A DNA stretch of 43,527 nt from an uncultured Gammaproteobacteria bacterium (lineage in GTDB: Bacteria; Pseudomonadota; Gammaproteobacteria; UBA9214), in assembly GCA_905479705.1 (NCBI GenBank), contig CAJQNP010000079.1:1-43527 (forward strand), written 5' to 3'. Positions 1-7,372 of the stretch are shown here, one piece after another. The notes below the pieces were generated by a model. The model was not told where the DNA came from, searched no databases, and worked only from the letters and a program-made list of their open reading frames with translations. Every line of letters starts with the position of its first letter. The stretch's first letter is position 1. The position numbers and the translations under genes were made by a program.

Positions 1-678
1 AGTGAGGTCCAGATCGGCCCATGTGAGGCGCAGGAGTTCGCCCTGCCTCGCACCCGTGGTGATCGCCATGGTGACCAGCAAATACAGCCGATCCCATTTG
101 GACGCCTGACAGGCCTTCAGGAGGGATTTTTTCTCATCCTCACTCAGCCAGCGGATGCGACCCTTGGACTCCTTGAGGGCCTTCAGAAGGCGCACAGGAT
201 TGTCCGGCAGATCGTATTCTTCCCGGCCATACTCCCACGCCGTAGAGAGTGCCGCTGTGTAGCGGTTGATGGTGGCGTTTGAACGGGGCTTGTCCACGGC
301 CTCGCTCTTGCCCTTGCCATGCCCCCGGCGGGCCTTGCCTTCCTGCAACGACTGACGCGCCTCACGGAGCATAGTCTTGTCGATTTGCAGGCAGAGGTGG
401 TGACCGTAGTTGTCGTTCCACCAAGTCAGCGCTGTCACAGTTGAGTGGTTGAGTGTCCGCACAGAGGTCAGCGTCTCAATCAGCTTGGACAGGGTGAGGT
501 TCCGGGCAAGACCATTACCCTCGATGCGGGCAGTTTCCAGATCAGCCTCGGTCTTCTTTACCCACGCTTGGGCGTTCTTCTTAGTGACGAAGCTCTTTGA
601 GAACTCCTTAACGCCCGGCATATTGATGGTCGCACGCCACGTCTTGCCCCGTGAGGGGACTTTCGTAATGGCAGCCAT
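1..678 (-). CDS. int: Tyrosine recombinase / phage-type integrase, N-terminal 226 codons; the 3' part is off-window
   Basis: This gene is not in the supplied ORF track because it has no stop inside the window. I read the minus-strand frame by hand: ATG at 678-676, GGAGG (complement of 686-690) 7 nt upstream, and all 226 triplets down to nt 1 free of stops. The translation runs MAAITKVPSRGKTWRATINMPGVKEFSKSF...NRYTAALSTAWEYG...IRWLSEDEKKSLLKAC...LYLLVTMAITTGARQGELLRLTWADLDLT. The TGxRxxEL..L.W.D.D segment is the box I catalytic-Arg motif of tyrosine recombinases. Confidence 0.85.
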   Translation of the reverse strand, partial: MAAITKVPSRGKTWRATINMPGVKEFSKSFVTKKNAQAWVKKTEADLETARIEGNGLARNLTLSKLIETLTSVRTLNHSTVTALTWWNDNYGHHLCLQIDKTMLREARQSLQEGKARRGHGKGKSEAVDKPRSNATINRYTAALSTAWEYGREEYDLPDNPVRLLKALKESKGRIRWLSEDEKKSLLKACQASKWDRLYLLVTMAITTGARQGELLRLTWADLDLT

Positions 679-798
679 ATTGCTACCTCCTGAGTCGATT
701 GCGTTATCAGAAACGTGACCTATAGCGTGACATGATAAGGAGTCACTAATATTGGTCACCGTTCGCAACCTGAAACACCACTCAACTCAAGCACTTAT
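1..798 (-). mobile_element. Probable proximal edge of an integrative element / genomic island inserted at the 3' end of tRNA-Lys; the body lies left of the window
   Basis: An integrase gene lies directly downstream of the tRNA-Lys 3' end (CCA at 799) and in the same orientation. This is the classic tRNA-int island junction. The second att repeat and the cargo are not visible in this window. Confidence 0.5.
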
Positions 799-874
799 TG
801 GTGGGCCGTGAAGGACTCGAACCTTCGACCAAGTGATTAAGAGTCACCTGCTCTACCAACTGAGCTAACGGCCC
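799..874 (-). tRNA. tRNA-Lys (anticodon CUU), encoded CCA
   Basis: The reverse complement is GGGCCGTTAGCTCAGTTGGTAGAGCAGGTGACTCTTAATCACTTGGTCGAAGGTTCGAGTCCTTCACGGCCCACCA. It folds as a cloverleaf with anticodon loop CU-CUU-AA and closely resembles E. coli tRNA-Lys. Confidence 0.95.
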
Positions 875-878
875 AAAC

Positions 879-955
879 TGGGGTGGACGATGGGACTCGA
901 ACCCACGACGACTGGAATCACAATCCAGGGCTCTACCAACTGAGCTACGCCCACC
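879..955 (-). tRNA. tRNA-His (anticodon GUG) with the extra 5' G(-1), encoded CCA
   Basis: The reverse complement is GGTGGGCGTAGCTCAGTTGGTAGAGCCCTGGATTGTGATTCCAGTCGTCGTGGGTTCGAGTCCCATCGTCCACCCCA. It is near-identical in layout to E. coli hisR. Confidence 0.95.
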
Positions 956-1000
956 ATAAAAACCTGATTCTGCTAATTACCGGTACAACTGCGCAATAAT

Positions 1001-1077
1001 TGGCGCGCCCGGCAGGATTCGAACCTGCAACCGTCGGCTTAGAAGGCCGGTGCTCTATCCTGTTGAGCTACGGGCGC
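1001..1077 (-). tRNA. tRNA-Arg (anticodon UCU), encoded CCA
   Basis: The reverse complement is GCGCCCGTAGCTCAACAGGATAGAGCACCGGCCTTCTAAGCCGACGGTTGCAGGTTCGAATCCTGCCGGGCGCGCCA. The anticodon loop is CU-UCU-AA. There is one C-A mismatch at the top of the anticodon stem. Confidence 0.9.
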
Positions 1078-1106
1078 AGCACCTGCCTGCTCAAACCGGG
1101 CAAAAT

Positions 1107-1183
1107 TGGTCGGGGTAGAGAGATTCGAACTCCCGACATCCTGCTCCCAAAGCAGGCGCGCTACCAGACTGCGCTATACCCCG
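1107..1183 (-). tRNA. tRNA-Pro (anticodon UGG), encoded CCA
   Basis: The reverse complement is CGGGGTATAGCGCAGTCTGGTAGCGCGCCTGCTTTGGGAGCAGGATGTCGGGAGTTCGAATCTCTCTACCCCGACCA. The anticodon loop is UU-UGG-GA. Confidence 0.95.
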
Positions 1184-1234
1184 TTTTCAATAAGCCTCTA
1201 GGGACCCCGAAAGCCGGTCCGTTCGAGCCACGGA

Positions 1235-1263
1235 ATAATACGTGCTGCCCGGAAAAGCGTCAA
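1235..1263 (-). promoter_or_regulatory. Sigma70-type promoter of the tRNA Pro-Arg-His-Lys operon
   Basis: The minus strand reads TTGACG (1263-1258), a 17-nt spacer, then TATTAT (1240-1235). This lies about 50 nt upstream of the tRNA-Pro 5' end. The call rests on motifs only. Confidence 0.5.
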
Positions 1264-1411
1264 TCAAGCAGGTGCATTTGGTTTTGGTCTGCTGCAGCGG
1301 GGTTCCAGTCACCCTGCTCTATCAGCCCGGGGGGTAGGCATGGCGCCAGTGTACAGCCTGCCGGTCACGTGCGAGAATCCGCACCTCTCATGTGGATGTC
1401 CGGTTAACTCT

Positions 1412-2269
1412 ATGGCTGCAAAACTGATCGATGGCAAGGCGATTGCCGCCGAGGTTCGTCACGTCGTCAGGGCGCAGATCGATGCGCGCCGTGAAAAGGG
1501 CCTGCGGGTACCCGGTCTTGCCGTGGTACTGCTGGGTCAGGACCCGGCCTCGGAGATCTACGTACGCAACAAGTGCATGGCCTGTGACGATGCCGGTGTG
1601 ATATCGCATGCCCATACCCTGCCCGCTGACACAACCGAGGCCCGCCTGCTGGAGCTGATTGACGAGCTCAATGCCGACAATGCCATTGACGGGATTCTGG
1701 TGCAGTTTCCCCTGCCAGAACAGATCGATGCGGACAAGGTGACCGAACGGATTCGTCCCGACAAGGATGTTGACGGTTTTCACCCCTACAATATCGGCCG
1801 CCTTGCTCAACGACGTCCGTCACTGCGCCCCTGCACGCCGCGCGGCGTGATCACCCTGCTGGAACATACCGGTGAACCCTTTTACGGGCGCGAGGCAGTC
1901 GTGGTGGGGGCCTCCAATATTGTCGGTCGACCCATGAACCTGGAGCTGTTACTGGCGGGCTGCACGGTGACGACCTGTCACCGCTTCACGAAAAATACGG
2001 ACGTGCACGTGGCCCGTGCGGACATCCTGGTCGTCGCTGTCGGCAAACCGGGTATCGTCAAGGGCGAATGGGTCAAGCCGGGTGCAACGGTGATCGATGT
2101 CGGTATCAACCGGCAGGAAGATGGCAGCCTGGTCGGCGATATCGGGTTTGACGCTGCCCGCGAGCGCGCTGCCTGGATTACGCCGGTGCCCGGCGGTGTG
2201 GGTCCCATGACGGTTGCTACCTTGCTGCAAAACACCCTGTTCGCGGCCACCGAGTTGCACGCCGACTGA
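1412..2269 (+). CDS. folD: Bifunctional methylenetetrahydrofolate dehydrogenase / methenyl-THF cyclohydrolase
   Basis: This is track ORF 1340..2269 trimmed to ATG 1412 ([16 protein letters not shown], the canonical FolD N-terminus). It also carries the FolD hallmarks [25 protein letters not shown] and [12 protein letters not shown]. Confidence 0.95.
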   Translation: MAAKLIDGKAIAAEVRHVVRAQIDARREKGLRVPGLAVVLLGQDPASEIYVRNKCMACDDAGVISHAHTLPADTTEARLLELIDELNADNAIDGILVQFPLPEQIDADKVTERIRPDKDVDGFHPYNIGRLAQRRPSLRPCTPRGVITLLEHTGEPFYGREAVVVGASNIVGRPMNLELLLAGCTVTTCHRFTKNTDVHVARADILVVAVGKPGIVKGEWVKPGATVIDVGINRQEDGSLVGDIGFDAARERAAWITPVPGGVGPMTVATLLQNTLFAATELHAD

Positions 2270-2273
2270 ATCG

Positions 2274-3677
2274 TTAACTCCGGCGCCAGCGTGTGCCGGA
2301 GGCATCATCCTCCAGAATGATACCGGCGGCGTCCAGTTCGTCACGTATCCGGTCTGCCTCGGTCCAGTCCTTGCCGGTACGCGCCTCGAGTCGTTGCGCA
2401 ATCAGGTCTTCGATGGCCTCTGCAGAGAGGGCGCCATCCTCTCCAGCTGCAGCGGGGGTTGCATCGCGCAGATAGTGTTCGGGGTCGTCCTGTAACAGGC
2501 CAAGTGGCTTGCCGAGATCAACCAGGCAAGCGGCCAGCCGGTTTGCCGTGGCGGGATCCGCAGCGCGCTGCTTGTTGATCTCGCGCGCGATTTCAAACAG
2601 GACCGCAATGGCCTCGGGTGTATTGAAGTCATCATCCATGGCGTTGTAACAGGCCTGGTCATACTCGTCACAGCGGTTGTCGCTGCTGTTGTCCGGCGAC
2701 AGGCCCCGCAACGTGGAATACAGGCGTGTCAGCGCGGCCTTGGCATTTTCCAGGTTTTCCTGTGAATAATTCAGCGGGCTGCGGTAATGACTGGCAAGGA
2801 TGAAGTAGCGTATATCCTCGGCCCGGTAGGATTTGAGAATTTCCCGGACCGTAAAAAAGTTGCCCAGAGACTTCGACATCTTTTCATCGTCGACCCTGAC
2901 GAAACCATTGTGCATCCAGTAATTCACGAAGTGTTCGCCGGTTGCCGCCTCAGCCTGGGCAATCTCGTTTTCATGGTGGGGGAATTTCAGGTCCATGCCG
3001 CCGCCGTGAATATCAAAGTGTGATCCCAGGCACCGGGTGGACATGGCAGAGCATTCAATGTGCCAGCCGGGACGGCCATCACCCCAGGGTGATGACCAGC
3101 TGGGTTCATCGGGTTTTGCGACTTTCCAGAGTGCAAAATCCAGCGGGTCGTCTTTTGATTCATTGACGGCAACGCGGGCACCGGATTGCAGGTCATCCAG
3201 GTTCTTCCCGGACAAGGTACCGTAGGACTCGAAGCGGCTGACATCGTAATAAACGTCACCGTTGCTACCCTGGTAGGCGTGGCCGTTGTCGACCAGTACC
3301 CTGATCATGTCGATGATGTCGTCCATCGAGGAAGTGGCGCGCGGTTCGATATCGGGGGGCAGCACGCCAAGCGCACTGGCATCCTCGTGCATGATCTTGA
3401 TGAAGCGTTCGGTGAGCGCGTGTATATCCTCGCCATTTTCGACAGCGCGCTTGATGATCTTGTCGTCGACATCGGTGATGTTTCGTACATAGGTCACCTG
3501 GTAACCGCGGGCACGCAGGTAGCGGACAACAACATCGAACACCACCATGACGCGGGCATGGCCGAGGTGACAGTAGTCATAGACCGTCATGCCGCAGACA
3601 TACATGCGTACCTTGCCAGCGTCGATCGGAACAAAGGTATCTTTCTGATTGGTCAGCGTGTTATAGATTTTCAGCAT
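2274..3677 (-). CDS. cysS: Cysteine--tRNA ligase
   Basis: The HIGH-region ([16 protein letters not shown]) and KMSKS ([10 protein letters not shown]) motifs are present. The start is trimmed from 3749 to MLKIYNTLT at 3677. The gene converges on folD with only 4 nt between the stop codons. Confidence 0.95.
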   Translation of the reverse strand: MLKIYNTLTNQKDTFVPIDAGKVRMYVCGMTVYDYCHLGHARVMVVFDVVVRYLRARGYQVTYVRNITDVDDKIIKRAVENGEDIHALTERFIKIMHEDASALGVLPPDIEPRATSSMDDIIDMIRVLVDNGHAYQGSNGDVYYDVSRFESYGTLSGKNLDDLQSGARVAVNESKDDPLDFALWKVAKPDEPSWSSPWGDGRPGWHIECSAMSTRCLGSHFDIHGGGMDLKFPHHENEIAQAEAATGEHFVNYWMHNGFVRVDDEKMSKSLGNFFTVREILKSYRAEDIRYFILASHYRSPLNYSQENLENAKAALTRLYSTLRGLSPDNSSDNRCDEYDQACYNAMDDDFNTPEAIAVLFEIAREINKQRAADPATANRLAACLVDLGKPLGLLQDDPEHYLRDATPAAAGEDGALSAEAIEDLIAQRLEARTGKDWTEADRIRDELDAAGIILEDDASGTRWRRS

Positions 3678-3833
3678 TGAAATACGGATTTTCCTGGCAT
3701 TCCGCGGATTCGGCGGATGGATGGTAACGGAAAGCAGACTGCGCCACAAAGCGGTTTTCAGGGCCTGCGGGGCTTGTAAACAGTAGCAGAGCTTATATTA
3801 TTGGCGCACCTGAAATACGCACCGGAGCAATCA

Positions 3834-4430
3834 ATGAAAAAGATGCTTGGCCTGATTCTGGGCACTATTGTCGGCCTGTCGCCATTAACCGGCTATTCGC
3901 AGGAAAACTCAACCAACTCAAAAGGAGCAGGCATGGTTAAAGTCACCATGGAAACAAACAAGGGTGTCATCACCCTGGAACTCGACGCTGAAAAGGCGCC
4001 GGATACCGTGGAAAATTTTGTCGCCTATGCCAAGGCAGGACACTATGACGGTACAATTTTTCACCGGGTTATCCCCGGGTTCATGATTCAGGGCGGCGGC
4101 TTTGACACGGATATGAAGCAAAAGTCCACCAACCCGCCCATCAAGATCGAGTCAGACAATGGCCTGAAGAACACCAAGGGTACTGTCGCGATGGCGCGGA
4201 CCAGTGATCCGAACTCGGCCACGTCGCAATTCTTCGTTAACGTGGCTGATAACGGCTTCCTTGATTACCAGGCGCCCAGCGTGCAGGGCTACGGTTATAC
4301 GGTGTTTGGCTCCGTCACATCCGGTATAGATGTCGTGGAGGCTATCGAAAAGGTCTCCACGGGTAATCACAACGGACACCAGAATGTGCCGACTGATGCC
4401 GTGATTATCGAGAAGGTAACGATTGACTAG
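3834..4430 (+). CDS. ppiA: Periplasmic cyclophilin-type peptidyl-prolyl cis-trans isomerase
   Basis: It has a signal-peptide-like N-terminus (MKKMLGLILGTIVGLSPLTGYSQ) and cyclophilin motifs FHRVIPGFMIQGGG and SQFFVN. GGAG lies 7 nt upstream of ATG 3834. The longer track start at 3801 is a non-ATG codon. Confidence 0.9.
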   Translation: MKKMLGLILGTIVGLSPLTGYSQENSTNSKGAGMVKVTMETNKGVITLELDAEKAPDTVENFVAYAKAGHYDGTIFHRVIPGFMIQGGGFDTDMKQKSTNPPIKIESDNGLKNTKGTVAMARTSDPNSATSQFFVNVADNGFLDYQAPSVQGYGYTVFGSVTSGIDVVEAIEKVSTGNHNGHQNVPTDAVIIEKVTID

Positions 4431-4452
4431 CTAGTCCGCGGGTTAAGTTTCG

Positions 4453-5178
4453 ATGCCTGAGACGCTGTTTATCTCGGACCTGCACCTCGATCCCGAGCGC
4501 CCGGCTATCACGGAGCTGTTTCTGACGTTCCTGGAAAAGCGGGCTGCCCGGGCCGAGGCACTCTATATCCTCGGTGACCTGTTCGAGGCCTGGGTTGGCG
4601 ACGATGATGATGCACCCATGAACCTGGCTGTGTGCCGCGCGTTAAAGGCCTGTGCGAAATCCGGCACGGTCGTTTATGTCATGCACGGTAACCGTGATTT
4701 CCTGCTGGGCTCGGTGTTTGCCGAACAATCGGCAGTCACACTGCTGGATGACCCCGCACGCATCGATCTGTATGGAACACCCACGCTGCTGATGCACGGT
4801 GATCTGCTGTGCACCGATGACACCGGGTACCTGGGCTTTCGCAAAATGGTGCGCGACCCGGACTGGCAGTCCGCCATGCTGGCCAGGCCGCTTGAAGAGC
4901 GTCGCCTGATGGCGCAGGAAATGCGCGCCAGCAGCCGTGAACAGACGGGTGGCAAGCCCGAGGCCATCATGGATGTAAACAGTGATGCCGTGATTGATGT
5001 TATGCGCGCACAGCAGGTTACACGCCTGATCCATGGTCACACCCACCGCCCTGGCGTGCATGAACTGGATGTGGCTGGTGAAGTGTCGCAACGAATCGTG
5101 CTGGGTGACTGGTACGAGCAAGGCAGCATGCTGGTGTGTTCAGCATCGGGTTGTGAGCTCCAGGCGCTGCCCCTGTAG
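4453..5178 (+). CDS. lpxH: UDP-2,3-diacylglucosamine diphosphatase (lipid A pathway)
   Basis: The sequence MPETLFISDLHLD...GDLFEAWVGDD...HGNRDFL...HGHTHRP shows metallophosphoesterase motifs in the LpxH arrangement and at LpxH length. Confidence 0.9.
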   Translation: MPETLFISDLHLDPERPAITELFLTFLEKRAARAEALYILGDLFEAWVGDDDDAPMNLAVCRALKACAKSGTVVYVMHGNRDFLLGSVFAEQSAVTLLDDPARIDLYGTPTLLMHGDLLCTDDTGYLGFRKMVRDPDWQSAMLARPLEERRLMAQEMRASSREQTGGKPEAIMDVNSDAVIDVMRAQQVTRLIHGHTHRPGVHELDVAGEVSQRIVLGDWYEQGSMLVCSASGCELQALPL

Positions 5179-5200
5179 CAGGTTTGCCTGCAGCACTTTC

Positions 5201-5953
5201 CTAGAGTGACAGAGCCTGGTAGTCGTCCGGCACATAAAAGAGATGCGGGGCAACCTGTTCGCTGTCAACAAAATCAGTCAGTGTGCGGTAAAACCCGGTT
5301 TCATCCCACAACTGTACAGGCAGGCCCTGCGCGTACAGACGTCCCGGTGTATACACATAGCGTGACAGGAAACACGGTGTCTGCATGGTTTCGGGTACCG
5401 TATGCATGTTGGCCAGCTGGCGGTTGCCCAGAGCAATGGCAAATTCCTGCATACCGGCAACAGTGTCTGTCATCAGTCCATCGACCGATACCGCCTCGAA
5501 GCATGTCGTGTCATTGGCCATGTAACGGATATGCAGCGGGTCCTTGCCGCCTATTTGCGGCGCCTCGTCGTCGTTAATGCGTTCTTCCGTCAGGGTGATG
5601 GTATCGGGCAATGTGGCTTCCGACGACTGGTTCTCAATAACCATGACGCTGCGGTTTTCATGTGCGACGCTGTATAGCGTGCGTGACTTGCGGTCGAGCA
5701 GCACAAAATCACTGGCATCGTAGCCATCATCGAGTCGCACATAATCGTCGCTGACTATAATCCGCAGCGGATAGGGGTCAACGCCTGCCTCGCGCTCCAT
5801 GTAGCTGACGATGCTGACGCTCACCGCTCCATCCGGCTGGGTCGCAGCTGGTGCCACGTCCTCCTGTTTGCTGCATGCCGATACGGCACCAAGCAGGGCA
5901 GCGCTGATTAGCAGTGGAACGAGCGTTAGCTTGAGTCTTGCGTCAGTCTTCAT
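5201..5953 (-). CDS. Putative lipoprotein of unknown function
   Basis: This is track ORF 5201..6007. The likely start is MKTDARLKL (5953) or MEAIMKTD (5965). The lipobox is LLGAVSAC followed by S. I recognise no family. Confidence 0.7.
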   Translation of the reverse strand: MKTDARLKLTLVPLLISAALLGAVSACSKQEDVAPAATQPDGAVSVSIVSYMEREAGVDPYPLRIIVSDDYVRLDDGYDASDFVLLDRKSRTLYSVAHENRSVMVIENQSSEATLPDTITLTEERINDDEAPQIGGKDPLHIRYMANDTTCFEAVSVDGLMTDTVAGMQEFAIALGNRQLANMHTVPETMQTPCFLSRYVYTPGRLYAQGLPVQLWDETGFYRTLTDFVDSEQVAPHLFYVPDDYQALSL

Positions 5954-6010
5954 AATGGCTTCCATGGTGCTGGTTCTGTTAGTTGGGTCGCTTATCAAGA
6001 GTGGCATCTA

Positions 6011-7192
6011 TTATGCGGACAACCCGGCGGCAAGGTCATTTTGCAAGTCATGGGTGTCTTCCAGACCCACGGCCAGGCGTATCAGTCCATCCGAGATGCC
6101 GGCCTCCTCCCGCTGTTCCGCTGTCAGCCGCCCGTGTGTGGTTGTTGCCGGGTGGGTAACCGTGCTCTTGGCATCACCCAGGTTGGCAGTGATAGAAAAG
6201 ATTTGCAGGGAATCAATCAGGGACCAGGCCGCCTGCTGGCCGCCCTGCAGTTCAAACGACACGATACCACCATAGCCTTGCTGCTGCCGGGATGCCAGTT
6301 CGTGCTGCGGGTGAGATGCCAGTCCCGGGTGATAGACGCGGGTGACTGCCGCTTGTGTCTCCAGCCACTGTGCAATCCCAAGGGCGCTGCTGCAGTGCGC
6401 CTGCATCCGCAGTGACAGCGTCTCCAGTCCCTTGAGAAAGACCCAGGCGTTGAACGGGCTCATCGTGGGTCCGGCCGTGCGTAAAAAACCGTAGACGTCC
6501 CTGCCTACCCGCTCGTCATCTCCGACCACGGCCCCGCCGATGCAGCGCCCCTGCCCGTCCAGGTACTTGGTTGCCGAGTGGATGACGATGTCCGCGCCCA
6601 GCGCCAGTGGCTGTTGCAGTACCGGGGTGCAAAAGCAGTTATCCACGACCAGCAGGCAGCCATGCGAATGTGCCAGAGCAGAGAGCTGCTTGATATCACA
6701 TAGTTCAGTCAATGGGTTAGAGGGTGTTTCCAGAAACAACATGCGTGTCTCCGGGCGGATGGCAGCCTCCCAGCTGTTGATATCCGAGAGTGATACGAAG
6801 GTCGTTTCAATACCAAAACGGGAGAGAACGTTGCTAAACAGCAGGGTGGTTGTGCCAAAAATACTGCGCGATGAAACAATGTGATCACCTGCTTCAAGCA
6901 GGCCTGCGCAGGTCGCCAGTATTGCGGACATGCCGGAGGATGTCGCCACGCAGCGTTGCCCGCCTTCCATGGAGGCAAGGCGCTCCTCGAACGTCCTGAC
7001 CGTCGGGTTGGTAAAGCGCGAGTAAATATTGCCGGGCTGGTCGCCGGAGAAGCGTGCAGCGGCCTCCGCGGCACTCGAGAATACAAAGCTCGAGGTCGGA
7101 TAGATTGCCTCCGAATGTTCGCCCTCGTCGCTGCGCTGCTGGCCGGCGCGCACCGCCCGCGTGGCTAGCTCGTATTCACTGTAATCAGTCAT
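6011..7192 (-). CDS. metZ: O-succinylhomoserine sulfhydrylase (Cys/Met-metabolism PLP enzyme)
   Basis: The N-terminus is TRAVRAGQQRSDEGEHSEAIYPTSSFVF and the PLP-lysine motif is HSATKYLDGQG. It sits next to purF as in Pseudomonas. The distinction from MetB/MetY rests on sequence feel and synteny only. Confidence 0.8.
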   Translation of the reverse strand: MTDYSEYELATRAVRAGQQRSDEGEHSEAIYPTSSFVFSSAAEAAARFSGDQPGNIYSRFTNPTVRTFEERLASMEGGQRCVATSSGMSAILATCAGLLEAGDHIVSSRSIFGTTTLLFSNVLSRFGIETTFVSLSDINSWEAAIRPETRMLFLETPSNPLTELCDIKQLSALAHSHGCLLVVDNCFCTPVLQQPLALGADIVIHSATKYLDGQGRCIGGAVVGDDERVGRDVYGFLRTAGPTMSPFNAWVFLKGLETLSLRMQAHCSSALGIAQWLETQAAVTRVYHPGLASHPQHELASRQQQGYGGIVSFELQGGQQAAWSLIDSLQIFSITANLGDAKSTVTHPATTTHGRLTAEQREEAGISDGLIRLAVGLEDTHDLQNDLAAGLSA

Positions 7193-7227
7193 GCCGTTCT
7201 CCGGAAATCAAGCGTATGTACGGGCAC

Positions 7228-7260
7228 AAAAAAACCCGCTCTCAGCAAAACGAAAGCAGG
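7228..7260 (-). terminator. Intrinsic terminator inside the metZ 5' leader (attenuator / riboswitch expression platform)
   Basis: The minus-strand RNA reads CCUGCUUUC-GUUUUGCU-GAGAGCGGG followed by UUUUUUU. That is a 9-bp stem (two G-U pairs), an 8-nt loop and a U7 tract, ending 35 nt before the metZ ATG. Confidence 0.65.
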
Positions 7261-7266
7261 TGCCGT

Positions 7267-7316
7267 CGCTTTAGCTGTATTTATCAGGCGCCCGCAAGCT
7301 GAAATCAAATCGGCGC
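7267..7316 (-). promoter_or_regulatory. Candidate SAM-II-like pseudoknot riboswitch aptamer in the metZ leader
   Basis: The RNA is GCGCC GAUUUGA UUUCAGCU UGCG GGCGC CUGAUAAAUAC AGCUAAAG CG. S1 pairs GCGCC with GGCGC. S2 pairs UUUCAGCU with AGCUAAAG (7 of 8). The U-rich L1 is positioned to form U-A-U triples. The GAUUU, GCUUG and AAAGC elements match my recollection of the SAM-II consensus. No covariance-model scan was run. Confidence 0.45.
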
Positions 7317-7327
7317 AACTTGAACCG

Positions 7328-7356
7328 AGACTAGATGAGTGCCCTGACACTGTCAA
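7328..7356 (-). promoter_or_regulatory. Sigma70-type promoter for metZ
   Basis: The minus strand reads TTGACA (7356-7351), a 17-nt spacer, then TAGTCT (7333-7328). The predicted start near 7321 is about 5 nt before the pseudoknot element. Confidence 0.4.
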
Positions 7357-7372
7357 TAGATGACGGCCGGTG

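Noticed and set aside
183-718. Track ORFs 183..365 (-) and 410..718 (+) lie at the left end.
   Set aside because: Both are out-of-frame or antisense pieces inside the hand-translated integrase reading frame, which has an SD, an ATG and a catalytic motif. Neither has independent support.
1000-1407. A 135-aa plus-strand ORF covers the tRNA-Arg/tRNA-Pro region.
   Set aside because: It lies antisense across two canonical tRNA genes and their promoter. It is an artefact of ORF calling. ORF 35813..36253 across tRNA-Leu is rejected for the same reason.
1340-1411. N-terminal extensions are offered by the ORF track for folD (1340), cysS (3749), ppiA (3801), purF (8974), fimV (18876), MFS (24471) and queA (35940).
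   Set aside because: In each case an internal Met reproduces the canonical family N-terminus (for example MCGIIG for PurF, MLKIYNT for CysS), often with a better SD. The upstream extension is non-conserved-looking or overlaps the neighbouring gene.
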